From NCBI RefSeq assembly GCF_009914755.1, contig NC_060930.1: a DNA stretch of 64,000 nt; one strand, given 5' to 3'. The translations under genes and the position numbers were made by a program. The notes under the pieces are model-generated. The model was not told the DNA's origin. It was given only the letters and a program-made list of their open reading frames with translations, and ran no database searches. Below are positions 38,014 to 48,600 of this stretch, piece by piece (positions within the stretch are counted from its first letter, which is position 1; each line of letters starts with the position of its first letter). The DNA comes from the human T2T-CHM13v2.0 reference genome, Homo sapiens.

Positions 38014-38736
38014 AAATAGCCTTTGTTCTCATTTGGGTGGTCTTCATTTGTTTCCACAAACTTAATACACATAAAGCTGTTATATTCTAGATATGCACAC
38101 TGATAGTTGAGCTTCATGCTTTTTTGTTTTTTGTTTTTTAGCATAGATATTTGGATTAAATACATACTGGGCTTTGATTTCTGCTTTAATGGATAAAAAT
38201 TAAAAATTATAACTTGAAATGATTTTTTCCTTAAATTTATACGTATTGGTATACTTCCCTCAATGGGTACAATTGGAATGTTCTTAGACGTGTATATTGA
38301 AATCTCATTTTTATAGATTAAAATTATTACCTTTTGGCAAATTACTATTGAAAGAGACCCTATTAGATATTAATTTCAAAATGAAGAATATTGATTATGC
38401 AGGCAATTAGTTCTCATGTGTCAAGTTTCCTTAAATTGGTACACATCTGTATCAGTTTATACATATAAACCTAAGTAAAAGTAAAATAATAATGATCCTC
38501 AGAAAAGTAAATAATATACACTTGTTTATAGAAATTTGTGCTGTTTTATTTTTAGTTACTTTAGGAGACATTATGTGGCCACAACACAACAGCCCAAAAT
38601 ATAAATTACTGTTCTCATTTCACAAATAAAGAAATGAAGAGTAAGGCAAAATGCTCGAGACTTCACTAGTGTAGAGTGAAGCCCCTCATTCTCTTGCCAA
38701 AAACCCGGAGTTGGCTTGAAGCTACTGACCAGGGAG

Positions 38737-39046
38737 TTTTGTTTGTTTGTTTGTTTTGTTTTCAGACACAGTCTTCCTCTGTTGCCCAGGCTTGAGTGCA
38801 GTGGTGCGGTCTCGGTCACTGCAACCTCCGTCTCTTGGGTTCAAGCGATTCTCCTGCCTCAGTCCCCTGAGTAGCTGGGACTACAGGCATGCACCACCAT
38901 GCCCAGCTAATTTTTATATTATTTTAGTAGAGGTGGGGGTTTCAACATGTTGGCCAGGCTGGTCTTGAACTCCTGAATTCAAGTGATCTGCCCAACTCAG
39001 CCTCCCAAAGTGCTGGGATTACAGGTGTGAGCCACCACACTTGGCC
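38737..39046 (-). mobile_element. AluS
   Basis: Alu match. Confidence 0.88.
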
Positions 39047-40178
39047 TCAGGGAGCTTCTTTTACCCCTGTGACTGAAGGAGAGCCCCCATCCTTTTGGGA
39101 GGGTTGTGATCTTCACTTTGCATGGCAAAGGGGGCCAAGATGTTCTTGCAACAGCAAGGAGGGGAGGGGACCCCACTTAGATGTGTGCCCAGCTGGGTTG
39201 ACAGAGCTAATGATGGCCAGATGACCCACACATACAAATAGTGCAAAGGAGGGTGTCTTTCCACTGTGCATTTGTCCACAGTGCACTTAAAATAAAATCC
39301 TGAGCCTTTACCATAACCTGCAGGCTTCATATAATCCGGCCTCTGCATTCCTCTTTTACTCCTTGTCCTGCCACTCTTCTTCTCATTCTCTACATTCCAG
39401 ATACCTTTCAACTTCTCAAACATGCTGAGCATATCCATTCTTCAGCTCCTTTAAAATTCTGACCAAAACACTTTTCTCTAGGATTCTAAAATCTCTGAAT
39501 GGATAGTTCCTTCTCATCTTCCCTGTTTCAGGTCAGATTTCTCCTCAGAGAAGTCTTTCATGATCATTTTAGCTAAAGCAGACACTGCCAATACACCCAC
39601 CTTGTATCACATTGTCCTTTTATGTTACCTGTCTGGATTTAAAATTATCTTGTTACTTGTTTGCTTGTTTGTTGTCCCCTTTCCAGACTGTAAGCTTCAA
39701 GAAATTTGGGGACTTGTCTGTCATATTTGCTGCTGGATCCCAAGCACCCAGAACAGAGGGACCTCAGTATATATTTGTTGAATAAATGAATGAATAAATC
39801 ATGAACCTCAATTGAGAATATGATGTCAGATATGTACTCACTCTCCAGAAAAAAAAGTGGACTGAAAAAAATGCATTTTAGGAAGTTTCAGAGCCTTGGA
39901 AGCTCATCTATAGACACCTGCTTAAAATCTGGCATTATTGTTGTGCTCTTTCATATTATTTTTGAAATTGATTCTAGAATTCTGTTCTTTGCAATTAAAC
40001 ATTCACATGAACTTCAAAAGTATGTTTTAGATACAATATAACAAATCACAGACCAAGCACTGCTCACTGGTTTTGAATAAAACAGACTCCCAATATTTAT
40101 ATTAATTTATATTTATATTTAATTTATATTAATGGGTCCTAATTACATGACCATATTTTAATGAACTGAAGATGCCTT

Positions 40179-40565
40179 TGTGGTACAAACATGATGTGCT
40201 TACCCATATCCAGTTCTCCTCTCTTTTGTGAGACGTGGAAGGATTAAACTTCCTAGCTTCCCTCGCAGTTGGGCAGAGCCATGTGACTAATTCTAGCCAA
40301 TGGATTAGAGGAAAAAGTGACATGTCACTACAAGATTGTAGCATTTAATTGCTGGTGGGAGATCCTCCAGGGCTCTATTTTCCCCTAGAGTAGTGACTGT
40401 GGAAGCACAGTTGATACGGATGGGCAGTACCAAGCCATCGCATGGAGGATAGTTGCTGTGGAGAGTCACACAGATCTTCACCTGACTTTGTTTGAGCAAC
40501 CTTTAAGTTCCTGAGGTTTTCTGATGATTTGTTATTGCAATACAACCCAATGGAGCCTAACACAC
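40179..40565. mobile_element. MLT1-type LTR
   Basis: ccatgtgactaattctagccaatgga ... tttgttattgcaatacaacc. Confidence 0.55.
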
Positions 40566-40585
40566 CACTGCTTGGAAAAAGTACT

Positions 40586-41433
<848 letters not shown>

Positions 41434-43401
41434 AATAGCCTTTATCTTAATAGCTTATATAAGCCTTAGTTTCCTCATCTGTGAAATGGGGGTATAATAG
41501 TAGAAACAGCCTCATAGAGTTTTGTGATTATTAAATGAAGATAATTACTACAATGTGTTCAGCATAGTAATTATTTCACATATTTTAATCCCCATATTTG
41601 GTTAAATCACAGAGCTTTTCAAGATAAACATTAATTTCAAACAATAATACAGGAAAACTTTTTAACTTTGTTATTATATCATACTAATCAATCAGCTAGT
41701 GTTTATTAATTCCTCACCAGGCATGAGGACTCGGTCTCTGAGTTAAGTGTTCTTGGAGACAACAAAGAAACAAATGGGGAGGTTGGAGGCCTGAGGCAGA
41801 CCACCCTGGGGTCTTCCCATCCTCTGTGTTTTCTAGGTGAATCAGGGTAGAATGATCATCAAGACTAGCCTTGAAGGGTAAAAGAAGTCACAAAATTGTA
41901 CCTGAGGAATGTATGAAAGATCAGTCCTGTACCCATCTTGATGACTAGCAGGGGTAGTAGAGGGAAAATTGAGGATTAATTGCATGTCTGGAGCCTTGGG
42001 TGATATGTGTGGGTATAGAGAGAGAAAGCAAGCACGCAGGAGAGTGCTAGTGGTTGGGGAGCAAAAGGATACGTCATTGGAGCAGGAGTGGGGCTCCTCT
42101 GAAATGCGTATAATGTGTTGTTCCTACCTGTGTAGTTATACTCTTATGGATTATGAAGTTATTCAGGGAACATTATTTAACTCATGGTATATCTAAATTC
42201 ATAAAGCATCATCTGTTGTTATAATTGTTTTCGTCTACAGTAGATATGAAGAAACCTAGGGTCATTAAAAGGTGTAACAATCATCATTACTTCTGAAGTT
42301 CATTCTAGACTAAAAGTTTTCCTCAGATATACTTTATGAGCCTTCTTTCTGTCACCAAAGATGTGCATTGTGGATTTCAATACAATGTTCTCACCTCAGT
42401 TTTCTGAAGGACATATGTTTGTGAAGGAACAGGTGGCTGTTTAATATCATTATTTTTATTAAATGCCTGAACCATCACAGAATAAGTAATTTTCTTTAAA
42501 GAAGTATAGCTGCCTCTAAATATAACTCTGGGCTACAGTTCACCTTTTCTGTTTATTTTATTCTTAACTTGTGAAACTGTATCTTAGGACTTGGGGTATA
42601 TAACTTGCTATTTGATATCAGCTGCTCAACAGTGAATCAGTTGTAATGCTTCTGGCACCAAAGGAAACAGAGGGGACTTAAATATGTTTACAGAAGACAA
42701 AAAGCTGCTTTTTGCGTACAGTTTACAACATATGTTTCCACAGTTTTAGAATATTAAAAAGCCCCCCAAAAAGTTTTCTCACTATTTCCCTCATTAAAGA
42801 CTAACAGGATCAAACAGAGAAAACAACTCTCCAACCCACATATTATTTATCAGATGTTTTGGATGAAATTCAATTTAAAAAACCAAAAGTCTCTCTCTTC
42901 CTCTCCCTCTCCCAGCAACAGCATTAGGGAGATACTCCCCACCGCAAAATACACCCACTCACCCACTGGCGAATGTTGCACTATCATTCCAGGAGTGGGG
43001 GGAGGTTGCTGCGACAGCTTTAGGCTCCTCTCCGCGTTATTGGGTCGTCGTAGGTGCGCTGTGGGCTGCTGCGGGCTCTGAGACCCGGCCACAGGACTCG
43101 CGGCTCACGACCTGAGTGTACCTAGATAGGTTCTCAGAGGCTACTGGGAAAATCGCAAATACAGGACGCCTGTACTGCAAAGCTCCCCTAAAACCTCATC
43201 AGTCTTCCTCTCTTGACTCTTGGGCGTCCCAGGAATTTTAACTTTTCCTCGGCGTAAGTGTTTCTCGCGCGGACCCCTTGCAGGCGCAAAGCCTGGCTCG
43301 CTCTGGCCTCCTGGCTTGCCCAGGATCTAGGCAGCCACGGGGAGCAGGGTGCAGCTTCCCCTCGCCTCCCCGGGACGGGGAAGAGAAGAAATCAGGAGGG
43401 A

Positions 43402-43587
43402 GGAGGTACTCAGCCCTCCTGGGTGCACTCCCAGATGTTTTTAAGTTGGCGTTTATTAAAAACAAAATGATGCTAAAATGCAAAATAGGCAACGTGGAGG
43501 TACTCAGCTCTCCTGCGTACACGCCCATGTATCTCTAATGTGACATTTAAGAAACAAAACAATGCTAAAATGCAAATTAGGCGATGT
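43402..43587 (+). repeat. Diverged ~94-bp tandem duplication
   Basis: Both units begin GGAGGTACTCAGC and end ...ATGCTAAAATGCAAAWTAGGC. Confidence 0.85.
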
Positions 43588-45188
43588 AATACCCAGAATG
43601 AGCCTCGTTTGACAGGCCAAACTGAGATTTAATGGAAAGCTTACTCATATCCCCACACGGAATTCATTCTTTTAGGAACTTAAAAAAATTGTGTAATTTT
43701 AAGTTCCACCACTGTCATAACGAACACTCCACAGTAACATGCAGTGGAACAATGGACACCCCCATATCGCATTGTGTCAGGTAATTATGAAGTGTCGAGG
43801 CGCGGGAAGGAGAAGCCGGGAACGTCAATGTGTCCTCTGCAACGTGTGGGAGCGCTCAGAGCCGCGCGTATCACAGAAACATCATCCAGTCGTCACCCCC
43901 AATGCCTCAACCCAGGGACAGGGACAGACTCAATCAGACCTCGGCCCCAGGCGTGGCAGGAGAGGGCCAAAGAGGGGACTTGTGAGCGCAGAGGGAGCGA
44001 GCACCGCTCCATGGAGGGCAGGCGCTAGCTGGGAAGTCGGGAGGAGAAAGTGCAACCAGGCGGGGAGGGGAGGATCCCACCGGGGCGTGGCGAGGGCGTT
44101 CGGGGTCCGGGTGAGCGGGACCCTACGCGGGACCGTGCGCTCCCAGAAGCTCCCACTCAGCCCAACCTTTTGGGCGAAACCCAGGACACCCAGATAAGGG
44201 TGCAGGCGGGGTCACGCGTAAAGCTGTTACTTTGAAGCAGGGCATAAGTGAGAGAGAGATAAAGAGAGAAGGAACAAGGGGAAAAAGAAATGAAGGGGCT
44301 GAAGGCCGAGATGTCCTACTTCTAAGTAGTTCTTTGAGAGGCAAAAGCTTCATTGCCATTGCAGTCCGAGGCAGCGCCGCGTGGAGGACCGGCCGGGCGG
44401 GGCGCGGGGACCTCTCCAAGGGGTCTCCAGCCTCCGCGCACTCTGCGGTGGCCCCCGGAGGGGGAAACTATTCTGGCAGCTCAGTGGGGGGAAGCTCGTC
44501 CGGGCTGTGGTTTCCTTTCCCCGAGACCCCAGCGTTGCACCCCCGAGGCGGCAGGCTCAGTCAACCCTCCCCGGGGGACGGCGGCCCTCTAGCCAGGCGA
44601 CCTCAGGTCTCGCGACCTCCCGCCGCCCAACCTTCTCCTTTCACCCCCATTCATTTTTCCTCAGCGGCTCCTAGGACGGGCTCAAAAACCAACTCCACAC
44701 GCAACCCAGCCCACCTCGCGGAGCTGAGAAGCAGGGCTGGGTTCCGAGCGGGCGCCGGCGCCCCTGGCGTGTGGCGGGGAGGTGGCGGCCGCGGGGGGCG
44801 CCGCGAGCCGCCCGTGCCCGCCGCGGATGAACAGGCGGCTGCGAGCAGCCCCCGGAGCCGCGCAGCATCCGCGTATCCAGTGACGGTGGAAGCCACGCCC
44901 GCTCGAGAGCCGGGGGGCTGTCCTCGCCCCCCCCACCTTTCCCCTCCCTCCGACCCCCTCCCGGCCGCGCTCCCTCCCCTCCTCCCGCGCCGGCCCCCGG
45001 CCCGCCCCCGGCTCGGCTCGCGGGAGGCGCTGGGCGCCGGGGCTGGCGCGCTCTCCCGGGCTCACACACAGCCGCGCACGCACGCCCGGGGCCGCTCTCC
45101 GCGCCGGCCCTTGCTCCCCGCGCCCATGCGGACGGACCGAGCGACGGAAGATGGCTGACGACTCCACGGGGCCCCGAGGATGCGGCCC

Positions 45189-45309
45189 GGCGGCGGCGGC
45201 GGCGGGAGCGGCAGCGGCAGCGAGGGCGGCAGGGGCAGCGGCAGCAGCGGCGGCGTTGGCTGCGGCGGCGGCGGCGGCGGCAGCAGGAGCCGGAGCGACG
45301 GCGGCGGCA
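45189..45309 (+). repeat. Interrupted (GGC/GCA)n trinucleotide tract in the SOBP leader
   Basis: Runs of GGC x5-6 interspersed with AGC/GCA units, read directly. Confidence 0.9.
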
Positions 45310-45420
45310 TCCCCGAGACTCTCCGCACTATCCTTACCCGTGACAGCCACTGACGTCCTCCGCCGCTAGAAGAGACCCCGCTTCTCGGCGCCTGCCCTCC
45401 CCCTCGCGGCTCGGTCCGGC

Positions 45421-45516
45421 CCCGCCAGCACCGCTACCTCCGCCAGCCTCGCCACCATCAGCACCACCTCCACCGCCGCCGCCGCCGCCACCACCACCGC
45501 CGGCGGCGGCAGCAGC
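45421..45516 (+). repeat. Interrupted (GCC/ACC)n tract in the SOBP leader
   Basis: ccgccgccgccgccgccaccaccaccgccggcggcggcagcagc, read directly. Confidence 0.85.
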
Positions 45517-45549
45517 CATTTCATCTCCACAGAAACCAGACACAAAAAC

Positions 45550-45645
45550 ATGGCAGAAATGGAGAAAGAAGGGAGACCTCCCGAAAATAAACGGAGCAGG
45601 AAGCCGGCTCACCCAGTGAAAAGGGAGATCAATGAGGAGATGAAG
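45550..45645 (+). CDS. SOBP: SOBP (sine oculis binding protein homolog) coding exon 1: [32 protein letters not shown]
   Basis: Hand translation (too short for the ORF track). Strong context aaacATGG, 96 nt, donor AAG|GTATTT (phase 0). Recognised as the SOBP N-terminus and joins in frame to exon 2. Confidence 0.93.
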
Positions 45646-48600
45646 GTATTTTTTGATCTCGGGGGCCAGGGAGACTGAGCTCTTTCTTGCGCCCGCTCCC
45701 CGTGGGCCGTGGTATGGATCTGGGGGGTACCGGGGCGCGCTTGTCAGTTTCTGTAGGATGCCCAGAACGGCTCCGCTCCTCCTCCAGGTGTAAAGCAGAG
45801 GCCAACTCGAGGGCTGCATCCCCGAAATTGTTGCCAACCTCAGATTTGATGAGGGGGGACCACATACTATTTAACCTTACGAATCCCAGGTTGGCACGGA
45901 CGCGTTTCAGGGCGAGGGCACCGGGGACTCGAGCGGCGTTGGGCAGGGGAAGAGGCTTTCCCAGTGGACGGTGCAGTTTCTCCCCCCTTTTTGAGAATCA
46001 TCCTCAGGGTCCCTCCAAAGTTAGGAGCCTCCTGGCCGGGGCACCCCGGAGAGAGCTCTATTCCACCCCTCTCCCCCAGCTCACCCTCCTGCTCCTCAAT
46101 CCCGCTTCCCCCCAACCAACCAGCTGCGACGGCGTGAAGAGCCCGTCAGTGCCCGGCGAGCTGCGGCCCGAGAGGCGCGGGTCTGGGCACGGTCCTGACC
46201 GCTCTCCTCGCCCGCCCCCGCCCGCACCTCACCACTGGCAGCCTCCGCCTCCCGCTCGCCTCTGCCTGCCTCACTTCCCAGCCAAGCAGACCCCGGCCAG
46301 CCCCGCTGGAGGACAGCTGTCTGAGGGGCGGCCTTTGCAGGGCGCCTGTCCATTGTTCGCTAAGGCCGGCCCGGAGTCCTCTCGGCGAGGCTGGGCTCCC
46401 CGCCAGGCCAGCGGTGCACCAGAGGTGGAGAGCGCAGCAGCCTGGCGCTCCAGCTGTTCGCGTTAGAGCAATTGCACAAGAGCACCGCTCAGCTCTGGAC
46501 CCCCTCGTTGCCCCCCACCTCCTTATTTTCCATGAAGTTGCGGCTTTTGCCTGGGCGAGGGTTTTATTCTGTGTTGATTTCACGAGTCTCTATTGATATA
46601 AAACAATTTATTTATTTTTCTGCGAGCCATCAAAAAGTAGCAGGTTTGCATTTTGCGGTCTTCTTGGTGTTCCCCATCTTCTGCATGAAATCCTTAATAC
46701 TACCAGGTGGCTTAATACTACTACTTGGCCAGTTTTGGTTCAGTTTGTATTTAAAAAACAAACTGGATGAAAATGGTGTGCAAGTAAGTCAAATTTATTG
46801 CGCTTTGACGCTTTCTTCATTAGAACAAGCATTTTCTATCATAGCTCACGCTTAGCAGGGGACGCATGGATATATATCATATATGTATGCGTACCTAGGT
46901 GCATATGCTTAGCTTTACTTCTCAGAAATGTCAGAAGCAACCTAAATATCAGAATTAGGGGTTTTATTACTGGATAAGGAACTTAGTACCTGGAAGCATG
47001 AGGTGCAGCATGAGTCCAACGGAGAGTTAAGGGAGATTTGCCTTGGAAATCAATGCTGTTTCTTATGGTGGAAACCACTGTTGATTCCAATGATGGACAG
47101 TTTTATTTTATTTTTTTTAAGACCGGTAGAAGTTGTTGTTTTTTGATGGGAACAAAATTCAAACAGTCCATAATAACCATTCTTCCTCACTTACCCTTAC
47201 CTCCTGTCCTGCATTTCCAGTTTACTTTTGCATTTCATTTTAGGTTGGGGGTGGGGAAGGGGGAGAGAGGTGAAAGCCACTAGGAAATCACAAGGAGCTC
47301 TGGCCCTTTAAAACGCTGCCTAATGTGATCTATATGGATGGCAGCTTTTAAGTTTCATAGGTTCTAGAATTACAAATTAGCTAATTTTAATCAAAACATG
47401 TGAAATGTTATCCCGGCTGGATATAAAGGCTGACTGTGCTCGATGCTTGGCGCTCGCGTTGTTGATTTTGGCTGCAGGCGCAGTCCGTGGTTTGGGAGAT
47501 AGTTGTCCTTCTGCAGTATAACAGATGTTTGTCTGAACTGGTGAGGAAGAAACAAAAACAACATTGTGTGAAGGGGAAAAATTACACAATTTTTAGCCGA
47601 TGCTGCAGGACTAAGTATGGAATTAACCTTGGTGCACAGAATTTCCTCTTTTTAAAATATTATTTTCCTTCCAAATCACCACCCACTATTTGAAGTTTTA
47701 ATCCTCACCCTTTCAATCCAGAGTAGCATTAAATAAGAAGTTTTACACGGCAAATAACTCAATTGTCTGTAGGATCAGTGTTTTCTCTCTTCTTTGGACC
47801 AAAGTAAAATACCCCTAACCAAAAATTTTAGTCATGTTCAAGTATACCATGCCTGAGAGTCTAGTGGAATTGTTTAGTAGGCATTCTTCTAATATAACAG
47901 CACCAAAAGTCCTCACTTAAAAAGTGGTTTCTCAAAGTCAAAAGGTGGAAGGATTATTTTGAGCTCCTTAATATCTTTCTGTTTTTAATATTAATAATCA
48001 CATCAGCAAAACCCCTCCCCAAACATCATGATACTATTACTCCTCCAGCTCCCTGAACCTAAGTGTAGAGTAACATAACAAGTTGGTTGCCCTGTATATA
48101 AATGTGTGCAACAAAATGTCACCGAGAACACAATGTGGCCTTGTGCAGCTTCATATCGGTGCCGCTGGAGCTGCCTGGCTGTGTTTGCCTTCATCTGAAC
48201 GGCTTTCATCTGGACCAGTGTAAACTAAGCCCTGGTAAGTAATCACTGCCCGGCAGAAAGAAAGGAATGTATACAGCTAGCGTGGCCTAAGCTGTAAAAA
48301 CGGAAACCTGAGCCCCCACCTCGGATCACATATCAAGGCTTGAAGGTAGGGGAAATGAAAGGGGGAAAGAAGAGAGAGCAAATGGAAAAGTCAGCCTGGG
48401 AAGTGGAGGATCAGGAGGAGGCCCCCCTTAGGGAGATTTGGCTCAGGGATTAGGGAATTTTATCGTGGTGTACAGTGACCTACTCAGGTTTCAACACTGG
48501 TTGGATTGAGTTGCTTCTCTGTGAGCTGAAAGAAAAAGGACTGGTGTGTATGTGATTTTTTTTCCCCCTTCGGGTAATAGAAAGGACATTGGTACAAGTG

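Larger units (their letters stand above)
42980..46500. promoter_or_regulatory. Large CpG island: SOBP promoter, 5' UTR, exon 1 and start of intron 1
   Basis: Very high GC and CpG density, multiple GC boxes, C-run cluster at 44925-45010. Confidence 0.9.

Noticed and set aside
43739-46583. Long ORFs on both strands of the SOBP CpG island (308, 259, 222, 167 aa etc.)
   Set aside because: Low-complexity Pro/Arg/Gly/Ala translations expected from stop-poor GC-rich DNA; many start at TTG/GTG; no recognisable domain.
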